Source of the DNA: Tubiluchus corallicola
Lineage: Eukaryota > Animalia > Priapulida
Direction of reading: 5' to 3'
DNA length: 17,596 nt
Assembly: GCA_030141605.1 (NCBI GenBank)
Contig: JAQGDQ010002022.1
Location: 1-17,596, forward strand
The notes below the pieces were generated by a model, which worked only from the letters and a program-made list of their open reading frames with translations, ran no database searches and had not been told where the DNA came from. The position numbers and the translations under genes are program-made. Position 1 is the first letter of the stretch; every line of letters starts with the position of its first letter. Shown one piece after another: positions 1 to 8,232 of the stretch.

Positions 1-727
1 GCAAGTGACTTTGCATGCTTATTGCTTTGCTCTTGTTATGTCGATTAGTTAGTGGTGATTGATGACTAACAAAAAGTCAGTGGCGTTTTACGGTAGCAAT
101 GCTATTGCTGTCTGGGAGAATTACACGTGAAATTTCGTATGTTAATTGTATTTTCCACATAAATAAAATGTATCAGTTGCGTCATTGATACTGGATGAAG
201 AGTATAATAGCTGCTGAGTTGTTCGGCGTGTGAAAATGATAGTGTAGACAGACGAATAGTTAGATTAACAAAAACCTCACCAAGCAAGCCAACAAGTAAG
301 CAACCAACCGACAAACCGACAAACCGACAAACCAATAAACCAACAAACAAACAAACAGACAGACGAACTGACTGACTGGATGACAAATAACTGATACATT
401 TGATATTTGTTTCATTTTGTTGATTATTTTACACATATTACCAATCTTAAAAGTTCATATACACATCACAAATTAATACATAATAAATACTCATGACACA
501 CAACAATAACACAAATAACAATTAACGATATAACAAACTACGCCAATGACGTCTAATTACAGAAGTAAAGTTTGCATCACTGTTTAAAATGTTCTTGCAT
601 ATAAAATTTTCACTCTTATTCAGCCTGACGTATAAACTGTATGCACATTTTCTGTGAATCACATCAAAATAAATAATATTAAGTCTAGTAGAAATATATC
701 TGGCGCTCGTATCATATGAAAAGTTAA
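1..727. repeat. Left arm of a long inverted repeat (partner 6462-7196); truncated by the window start
   Basis: Base 1 onward (gcaagtgactttgcatgcttattgctttgctcttgttat) is the reverse complement of sequence ending at 7196. The match continues with few substitutions/indels (more diverged around 386-450) to gtctagtagaaatatatctggcgctcgtatcatatgaaaagttaa at 683-727. Confidence 0.97.
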
Positions 728-731
728 GCAT
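395..731 (-). mobile_element. 3' end of a non-LTR retrotransposon (ORF2 C-terminus + 3' UTR), copy inside the left arm
   Basis: ORF 522-731 (-) LNFSYDTSARYIST...FDVIHRKCAYSLYVRLNKSENFICKNILNSDANFTSVIRRHWRSLLYR* resembles, from memory, the C-terminus of invertebrate/fish LINE ORF2 proteins (...SAS.MF....F..IRK....RL..S.N.I....S...HW..L). An AT-rich UTR follows. Confidence 0.7.
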
Positions 732-735
732 CTCA

Positions 736-790
736 GTTCAATTCAATTCAATTTACCTTTTATTTCCGCACACATATATAAGATTACCAC
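736..790 (-). mobile_element. Probable 3' tail of a second LINE/SINE (AATAAA followed by (TTGAA)3); 5' extent undefined
   Basis: Minus strand reads ...gtgtgcggaaataaaaggtaaattgaattgaattgaactg. Short-repeat tails after AATAAA are typical of CR1/L2-group 3' ends. It sits next to the inner end of the left arm. Confidence 0.4.
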
Positions 791-1122
791 ATATGACATT
801 GAAAATAAATTGATACGTGTAGCTGTCACTTAAAACAATTCGGACTGACATGTGCATTATTAAGTCGTTACGATGACGAATAACAATTTTTTTAATGACA
901 TTTACAGCTGTTCTGTGGTAATTGGTCCGTCAAATAAAACTGCTAATAAAAAATCTATGGTCTCCAGCTAGAGAGCTCAGTGCTTAGTGCTCAGTTGCAG
1001 AGTTTACTGCTATTAGTTATAATAGAGCAATAAATTACGTGCATTAGATTAACGAGATATTTCTGGTCAACTCAGCAATAGCTTATGGGTAACACCATTG
1101 ATTATATTCCAGTTTAAATAGC

Positions 1123-2855
1123 AAGAAAATGAAATGTTAAATTATGTCCCAAAAAACTTTCCATGCAAATCTATATTACTTAGCATTTCGCTTACCTGAT
1201 GGAAAGATTTATGTAAACAGAAAAGAATATTATTAATTAATTTAAATTGTTTTCACCAATTGGTTAAATGTCTCTGACTCCAGGGTGCACCACTCACTAA
1301 CCAAAAAACTTATTTTTAATCTTATTGACAAGATGCAATCATTTAAAATTTTACTTAGTTAGTGACGTGTGTACTCCGAATGCTCTGATTATTTTTTCAA
1401 ATCTTACTCAGTGCTATCTAAACTTGTTTCAAACGACTTATCGTCAAAATGGCTGCGTGTAACAGTCATCGCGGGAGTTTAAATTTACATGTTTCATGCA
1501 GCATTACGCGCTAAAAGGATATTTTGTTTGTCTTCGTTTTAAATTTCCCGCAATACTGTTCCGAACGCGTCGTTACATGACCTCATATACGCACAACGTA
1601 AATCAGGGGAAGAAAAGACAATGTTAAACTATGTCACAAAAGACTTTCCGTGCAAAATTAAATCACCCAGCATTTCGTTTACCTGCTTAAAAGACTTATG
1701 TAACTAGAAAAGAAAATTATCACTAACTCAGAAGCGTCAATTGACGTTCTACTAACTAACTACGGTGTCTTACTAACGTTTGCGCCAACTGGTAAGACGT
1801 CACTGATTCATCTTCCCAGTGTGCACCACTCACTCACCAAGCATTTCTAATCGTACTGACAAGATACAGTAATTTATAGTAAAATCCATATTGTTTAGTT
1901 AGCGAAACGTGCTCTGCGCATGCTCTGACTATTTCTTTATAAACTTCACGCAATGGTATTTAAACTTGTTTCAAACGACCTACCATTAAAACGGCTGAAT
2001 TTTCAAGATTTATACAACGTTACTGCTAATGCAAGCTCTGCGCACAATAAGACAGTATGTAGATGGTAGAAAATTTCAAGGCGAATTTATTAGCTTTGTG
2101 TAAGTAAAGGGTTTTCCTGTGGTTTAACTGTCTTATGTCGTCGTGAAAAAATCAATGAACGGACCTTGTTAGCTTTTATCAAAGCACAAGCTAAAGTAAT
2201 TTTCAGAAAAATCGGCTTAATAATTATATTACTTTATAGCAATTTTATACGTATATCGTACTCGTGTAAGATTTTTTGTTTGTCTTCATTTTAAATCTCC
2301 CGCAATACCGTTTCGACGTCGCCATTACATGACGTCATATACGCACAACGTAAATCAGGGGAAGAAAAGGAAATGTTAAACTATCTCCCAAAAAACTTTC
2401 CAAACAAAATTACATTACTTAGCATTTCGCTTACCTGCTGCAAAGACTTATGTAACTAGAAAACAAAATTATTAATTATTTAAAATGCTTTCACCAATTG
2501 GTAAAATGTCTCTGACTCACCCTCCAGGGTGCGCCACTCACTAAGCAAAAACGTATTTTTAATCTTAGTGAAGATAGAGTAATTTAAAATTTTACTTAGT
2601 TAGTGAAGTGTGCGCTATGAATGCTCTGATTATTTTTTCAAACTTTACAAAATGTTATCTAAACTTGTTTCAAACGACTTATCGTCAAAATGGCTGCCGT
2701 CTAACGGTCATCGAGGGAGTTTAAATTTACATGTTTATACAGCGTCTAATCTGCCGACGCAAGTCTAATATGCAAAAAGGCAGTACGTAAGTGGTACAAA
2801 ATTTCAAGACGAATTTTTTCAGCTTTATGTAAAATGAGGGTTTTCTTGTGCTTAA
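1123..2855 (+). repeat. Three diverged direct copies of a ~600-bp unit (partial 1123-1503; 1522-2127; 2274-2855)
   Basis: Shared blocks include aatgttaaa..atgtc.caaaa.actttcc, gcatttcg.ttacctg, gtgc.ccactcact, tgctctga.tattt and aaacttgtttcaaacgac. Copies 2 and 3 also share ttttgtttgtcttc...catatacgcacaacgtaaatcaggggaagaaaag and gggttttc.tgtg. Copies 1 and 3 are more alike than either is to copy 2. Confidence 0.93.
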
Positions 2856-3164
2856 ATTTAAACCGGCACCCAGACGAGGCCAATGATTATTAAACACGCA
2901 TTGTCATATGCACAATGCCTGCAAGCTTAGGAAATAATGATTTTTAATTCTTAGCTACTGAAATCTTTAATGCAATGACGTCACTCGAGGTGCATAATAT
3001 GGTACTAAGATATAATTATTATTCAATTCATATAGCTCCGGTAGACAGCTACAGTTGGAAAAATTTCAGTAATTTGTTTAATTAAATCAGTGTCTCATTT
3101 GGTAACCTAGATATTAATTAGTCTGAACTGCTTACGTCACGTTTCCAGCATACCACAGCCCCCG

Positions 3165-3547
3165 TAAACTTAATGCAAAACAGATGGTGTAATATATAAA
3201 TAAAGGCAAAAAACATATAATATATATATATATAATTATATATAAAATATATAAAATACATATAATTATATATAAAAAAGTTCTTCCCCCGTATTCTTCT
3301 TAAACTTAATGCAAAACAGATGGTGTAATATATAAATAAAGGCAAAAAAACATATTATATATATATATATAATTATATATAAAATATATAAAATACATAT
3401 AATTATATATAAAAAAGTTCTTCCCCCGCATTCTTCTTAAACTTAATGCAAAACAGATGGTGTAATATATAAATAAATGCAAAAAACATATAATTTGAAT
3501 ATAATTATATATAAAATACATATAATTATTTACAAAAAAATATTCTA
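3165..3547 (+). repeat. AT-rich ~137-bp tandem repeat, ~2.8 copies
   Basis: taaacttaatgcaaaacagatggtgtaatatataaataaa recurs at 3165, 3301 and 3438. Confidence 0.95.
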
Positions 3548-3588
3548 CTATACTACGTTACTTACGCGCGTTATATTGTGACGAGCTT

Positions 3589-4655
3589 GAAGCACAAGAA
3601 AACCCTTTACTTACATTAAGCTAAAGAAATTCGTCTTGAAATTCAGTACTACTTGACTAAGTCTACTGTATTACTGAGCATAGAGCGTGAATTAGCAGCC
3701 ATTTTAGCTGTGGGTCGTTTGAAATAAATTTAGATAACATCGCGCGCAAAGTTTGAAAAATAATCAGAGCATTTGTAGCGCTCTCTTCACTAACCTAGGC
3801 AAAGGCATATATTACTATATCTTGTCAATAAGACTCAAAATACGTTTTTAGTGAATCAGTGGGGCACACTGGGAAGGTGTCATTTTACCAGTTGATGCAA
3901 ACGTCTTAAATTACAATTTCTTACTTATTCATTTAGATGTTTATCTATTCGTGTCAAAAATACATGCAAAGCATACATACAACTTCAATTTTGAAATATA
4001 TAAAAAAACAAGACATACATGCAATTTCAATTTTGAAATATATAAAAAAACAAGACATACATGCAATTTCAATTTTGAAATATATAAAAAAACAAGAAAT
4101 ACATGCAATTTCAATTTTGAAATATACAAAAAAACAAGAAATACATGCAATTTCAATTTTGAAATATACAAAAAAACAAGAAATACATGCAATTTCAATT
4201 TTGAAATATACAAAAAAACAAGAAATACATGCAATTTCAATTTTGAAATATACAAAAAAAACAAGACATACATGCAATTTCAATTTTGAAATATACAAAA
4301 AAACAAGACATACATGCAATTTCAAGTTTGAAATATACAAAAAAACAAGACATACGAGCAATTTCAATTTTTAGATATACAAAAAAACAAGACATATACA
4401 ATTTCAACTTTGAAATATAATGACACTATATATAAACAAAACAATTACTAATAAAACAACTATTGTTAAATCTTCCTGTTTGTTATGTTAGTGCTAGTAG
4501 CAAATTTTAATTTCCCTTAAATTATAAAGAACTTCCTTTTCTAGGTACATAAGTCTTTCAAACAGATAAAGGTGATGCAAAGCAATATAACTTTGTATGG
4601 AAAGTCTTTTGGAGGCATGCTATAGAATTGCCTTTTCTTCCCCTTTTATATTGCA
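3589..4655 (-). repeat. Inverted, more diverged fourth copy of the ~600-bp unit, split into 3589-~3905 and ~4525-4655
   Basis: agcacaagaaaaccc, aaattcgtcttgaaatt, gcagccatttt, gtcgtttgaaa, tttgaaaaataatcagagcat and cattttacca are reverse complements of copy-3 blocks. The unit resumes at ttttctaggtacataagtcttt...ggaaagt...ccttttcttcccc after the 42-bp array. Confidence 0.85.
3959..4419 (+). repeat. 42-bp minisatellite, ~11 copies (aaaaaaacaaga[c/a]atacatgcaatttcaattttgaaatata[t/c])
   Basis: Direct reading; the 14-aa periodicity in the overlapping ORFs confirms the 42-bp period. Each unit contains the hairpin atttcaa-tt-ttgaaat. Confidence 0.97.
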
Positions 4656-5385
4656 TTGCTGTCTTACTTTTTAATAAAAAACTGCACAATTGCACAAAGT
4701 TAAATGTAATACGTTACCTTAGATGATTAAATGTCATGTAAACGACTTGTGTGTTTGTCTGTCACAATGCAGGCCATTTAAAAGTATAAAAGTGTGAACA
4801 AACTTTACAAAAAGATGCGTTTACTAACTAAGGAGTCACTAAACATTTGCAATATAACATTTAGTTGGAAATATTGGTAAAAATGTAGGTTTTGAACTTA
4901 CTGATTTAGGTTCTTTTTGTTTACGTCCAATTCACGCTGCGTTTTCACGTGCAACATTCACAGTTTTGCCAGAAATTGATCAGAAGTTTGTCGAAATAAA
5001 CATAATTAACACTCAGTTTAATCTTCGTGGGTCACCGAGAATTTACAAAAGCACATAAACGGATTTTTCAACTTTGAACTTTCAAAAGTTTACAGTTCGT
5101 ATCTCTGTTTCACTAAGAGTAGTACTATTTCCGACGTTCTGGTAACAAGTTTCTGTTGTTGATGGTCCAACGTGTCGAGTTTACACTGAGCAGCCGCGCA
5201 CCTTGTTTTCCTCAGATGCATGGCTTCATCGACTTGCTGGCTTCCCTGATGGACAAGCTCGTAGAAGCTGATTGCCACAAATGCGTTGGGAGTTGCTACT
5301 CGATCCTGCAACTGCTAATTATTTTACCTGCAAAACAACCGCATTTTGTGTCCCAATATGCTCACGATTTATTGATTTTTTTTTA

Positions 5386-5739
5386 TCAGAGTATAGTCGT
5401 ATCACGGTGCATTGTTTTAAGGCCAACTTTCATCATTGTTTCGTGCATTGTTTTAGGGCCAACTTTCATCGTTGTTTCGTGCATTGTTTTAGGGCCAACT
5501 TTCATCATTGTTTCGTGCATTGTTTTAGGGCCAACTTTCATCGTTGTTTCGTGCATTGTTTTAGGGCCAACTTTCATCGTTGTTTCGTGCATTGTTTTAG
5601 GGCCAACTTTCATCGTTGTTTCGTGCATTGTTTTAGGGCCAACTTTCATCGTTGTTTCGTGCATTGTTTTAGGGCCAACTTTCATCGTTGTTTCGTGCAT
5701 TGTTTTAGGGTCAACTTTCATCATTGTTTCGTCTTGTTT
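5386..5739 (-). CDS. Tentative terminal exon encoding 12-aa repeats (TMKVGPKTMHET)x9; unproven
   Basis: Preceded on the minus strand by a ~130-nt T/C-rich tract and ccactcAG (5741-5740). It is the only open minus frame and ends in TGA TAA, with AATAAA at 5373-5368. No homology recognised. Confidence 0.2.
   Translation of the reverse strand, partial: KQDETMMKVDPKTMHETTMKVGPKTMHETTMKVGPKTMHETTMKVGPKTMHETTMKVGPKTMHETTMKVGPKTMHETMMKVGPKTMHETTMKVGPKTMHETMMKVGLKTMHRDTTIL
5407..5732 (+). repeat. 36-bp minisatellite, ~9 near-identical copies (gtgcattgttttagggccaactttcatc[g/a]ttgtttc)
   Basis: Head-to-tail copies with no spacers; 12-aa periodicity in three ORFs. Confidence 0.97.
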
Positions 5740-5920
5740 CTGAGTGGATAGTGCAAATGACTTTTCGGAAAACAATGCACAAAGAACAAGTAAACAAGTG
5801 CAAGTAAACAAGTAAAAAACAAGTACAAGAAAAATAAGAAAACAAAGGCAAAAAGAAGAACAAAAAACAAAAGCAGAACGAAGAAAAATACCGGTATTAA
5901 TCTACGTTACTCTCAGAATA

Positions 5921-6182
5921 AATGCAGGCTAAGGCAAAAATGGATTTCAGAGAGAGAGACAATGAGTTAAGGAAGAAATAGACTGACCAGACAATGGACC
6001 AAATGAGACATGGACTGAACAGACAATGGACAAAATGAGAAATGGATTGAACAAACTATGGGCTAAATGAGATGTAGACTGAAGAGTCATTGAGCTAAGG
6101 GAGAAATGGACTAGAGCGACAGTGAGCGAAAGCAGAAATGGACATAAGAGACAATGGGCTGAGGGAGATACGAACTGAAGCT
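5921..6182 (+). repeat. Degenerate 32-bp tandem repeat (dimer of a ~16-bp monomer), ~8 copies
   Basis: acaatgg-like starts at 5959, 5991, 6023, 6055, 6087, 6119 and 6151 (exact 32-bp spacing), with a looser copy near 5921. Approximate consensus acaatgggctaaatgagaaatggactgaagag. Confidence 0.85.
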
Positions 6183-6268
6183 GAGCAAACAATCAAACAA
6201 GCAAACAAATTGGTAAGCCTTGCAAATCAGCAAACAAAAAAGCAACATATTAGTGAAATAACGACACC

Positions 6269-6395
6269 TAGTTAGTTAGTTGGTTAGTTAGTTAGTTAGT
6301 TAGGTAGGTAGGTAGGTAGCAAGTTAGTTAGTTAGTTAATTAGTTAGTTAGTTAGCTAGTCAGTCAGTCAGTCAGTCAGTCAGTCAGTCAGTCAG
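6269..6395 (+). repeat. Compound tetranucleotide microsatellite (TAGT)n/(TAGG)n/(CAGT)n
   Basis: Direct reading. Confidence 0.95.
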
Positions 6396-6396
6396 A

Positions 6397-6777
6397 GACG
6401 TTTTTATTCTTACAATGTTAGTAAACTCAAGGTTGCATATAATGTATCAACACGGAAGCTGTTTAACTTTTTATATGGTACGAGCGCCAGATATATTTCT
6501 ACTAGACGTGCCATTTATTTTGATGTGATTCACAGAAAATGTGCATACAGTTTACACGTCAGGCTGAATAGGGGTGAAAATTTTATATGCAGGAACATTT
6601 TAAACAGTGATGCAAACTTTACTTAGACGTCATTGGCGTAGTTTGTAATATCGTTAATTGTTATTTGTGTTATTATTATGTGTCATGATTTATTGCATTA
6701 TTTGTATTAATTTGTGATGTGTATATGAACTTTGTGAAGATTGAAGTAATATACTAAATCAAATCAAATGAAATCAG
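6397..6777 (+). mobile_element. 5'-truncated non-LTR retrotransposon 3' end (ORF2 C-terminus, UTR, (AAATC)n-like tail)
   Basis: Frame from 6402 reads FYSYNVSKLKVAYNVSTRKLFNFLYGTSARYISTRRAIYFDVIHRKCAYSLHVRLNRGENFICRNILNSDANFT*. KLKVAYN...SA is a motif I recall from LINE ORF2 C-termini (clade uncertain, possibly RTE-X-like). An 8-bp deletion relative to the left copy causes the stop. The fragment ends in aaatcaaatcaaatgaaatc and is flanked by (CAGT)n on both sides. Confidence 0.72.
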
Positions 6778-7196
6778 TCAGTCAGTCAGTGAGTCAGTTA
6801 GTCAGTCATCCAGTCAGTCAGTCTGTCTGTCTGTTTGTTTGTTTGTTGGTTTATTGGTTTGTCGGTTTGTCGGTTTGTCGGTTGGTTGCTTACTTGTTGG
6901 CTTGCTTGGTGAGTTTTTTGTTAATCTAACTATTCGTCTGTCTACACTATCATTTTCACACGCCAAACAACTCAGCAGCTATTATACTATTATACTCTTC
7001 ATCCAGTATCATTGACGCAACTGATACATTTTATTTATGTGGAAAATACTATTAACATATGAAATTTCACGTGTAATTCCCCCAGACAGCAATAGAATTG
7101 CTACCGTAAAACGCCACTGACTTTTTGTTAGTCATCAATCACCACTAACTAATCGAAATAACAAGAGCAAAGCAATAAGCATGCAAAGTCACTTGC
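6462..7196. repeat. Right arm of the long inverted repeat (partner 1-727)
   Basis: Reverse-complement match to 1-727, including the compound microsatellite (6776-6910 vs 280-385) and unique sequence. It may extend beyond 7196, which cannot be tested inside this window. Confidence 0.97.
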
Positions 7197-7219
7197 TAAT
7201 GCTAACTGACATTGATTTA

Positions 7220-8232
7220 ATGTTTAGCATTACCCCTTTTTTCTCACTAAAAGCCTCACCAGACGTTTAGTGACAAGCGAGTCCAGCAAAGAGGGAACAA
7301 AAATTTGCTAATTCGGCCAATCGGTACAGAATGTGGCCGCAAGTCGACGACCGACTGTAATTGAAAAGAAGTTTTGAGTCTAAACCCCCATCTGACAAGC
7401 ATAAACTGCCATGGGATATCCTAATACTTCTGCACTTGCACGACATTGTGAATAAAGAGATTTTGAGATTAAGAGTAGAGAGATCGATCCTGCCGCAAAA
7501 GTTTGCTGCTGATTCTGATTAATGTAATTATATTTCCCCTTAACGTAGGTTGTTTGCCTTCATCCATTTATAAGTATTTTTTACTTTCTGTTAATACGAT
7601 GTTGCAAAATGAATAAATTAATGGACACAAGTAATAGGCTAGTCACTCAGTAAATAGAGATGTATGGGCATCAGCAAGAAAAAGCCCGTCATTAATGTAA
7701 GAAAAAGCAGTGGTCCTAGGGTGGATCCTTGTAGTACTCCACAATTTATATCCTGCATATATGCACTTACTGTACTTAGTGAAAAAATTAATGGACACAA
7801 GGAATGGGCTAGTCGTCCAGTAAACACAAGTCTAATAAAATCAGTGAAAAAGGGCAGTTCATTAATGTAGATAAAAATAGAAGTGGTCCTAGGCTGGATC
7901 CTTGTAGTACTCCACAATTTATATCCTGCATATATGCTCTTACTGTACTTAGTGAAAAAATTAATGGACACAAGGAATGGGCTAGTCGTCCAGTAAACAC
8001 AAGTCTAATAAAATCAGTAAAAAAGGGCCGATCATTAATGTGGACAAAACAGAAGCGGTCCTAGGATGGATTCTTGTAGTACACCACAGTTTACTGGACG
8101 CACTGTACTGGATGGAAATCAGCAAGAAAAGGCAGGTCGTTAATTTGGATAAGAAACAGCACTGGTCCTAAGGTGGGTCCTTGTACCATACCGCAGTTTA
8201 TATCTGCGTATATTCAAGTACTGTACTTTGTA
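7220..8232 (-). mobile_element. Decayed CR1/L2-group LINE reverse transcriptase remnant
   Basis: Minus-strand peptides occur in canonical order: INCGMVQGPTLGPVLFLIQINDLPFLADF (~8200-8115), INCGVLQGS[S/T]LGPLLFL, LCLLDD (FADD relic), KWMKANNL (~7569-7546; cf. W..ANKLSLN), KY*DI (cf. KYLG) and IGRISKF (~7321-7301). Many stops and frameshifts. Confidence 0.85.
7615..8228 (-). repeat. ~170-bp tandem repeat (4 copies, two of them partial) built from the RT motif region
   Basis: aaattaatggacacaag at 7615, 7785 and 7958. The ggtccta.g.tgg.t.cttgta block occurs four times (~7712, ~7884, ~8057, ~8164). Confidence 0.93.

Noticed and set aside
3937-4374. Four overlapping 110-145 aa ORFs
   Set aside because: Products of a 42-bp repeat open in several frames. 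A single extra A near 4260 shifts the frame, indicating no coding constraint.
5407-5732. 36-bp repeat containing GTTTTAG, superficially like a type II CRISPR repeat
   Set aside because: Units are contiguous with no unique spacers, there are no cas genes, and the context is eukaryotic.
5156-5751. Hydrophobic (IVVSCIVLGPTF)n and Cys/His (HCFRANFHRCFV)n ORFs suggesting membrane or metal-binding proteins
   Set aside because: Alternative readings of the same minisatellite, with no recognisable domain or supporting gene structure on the plus strand.
1-7196. Polinton/Maverick or autonomous transposon bounded by the long inverted repeats
   Set aside because: No polymerase, integrase or transposase coding remnant is visible in the spacer, and the true termini are not in view.
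7639-8000. RT next to repeat arrays as a retron/DGR/CRISPR-RT-like system
   Set aside because: The RT is a frameshifted eukaryotic LINE remnant with a degraded catalytic motif. There are no accessory genes or template/variable repeat pair.
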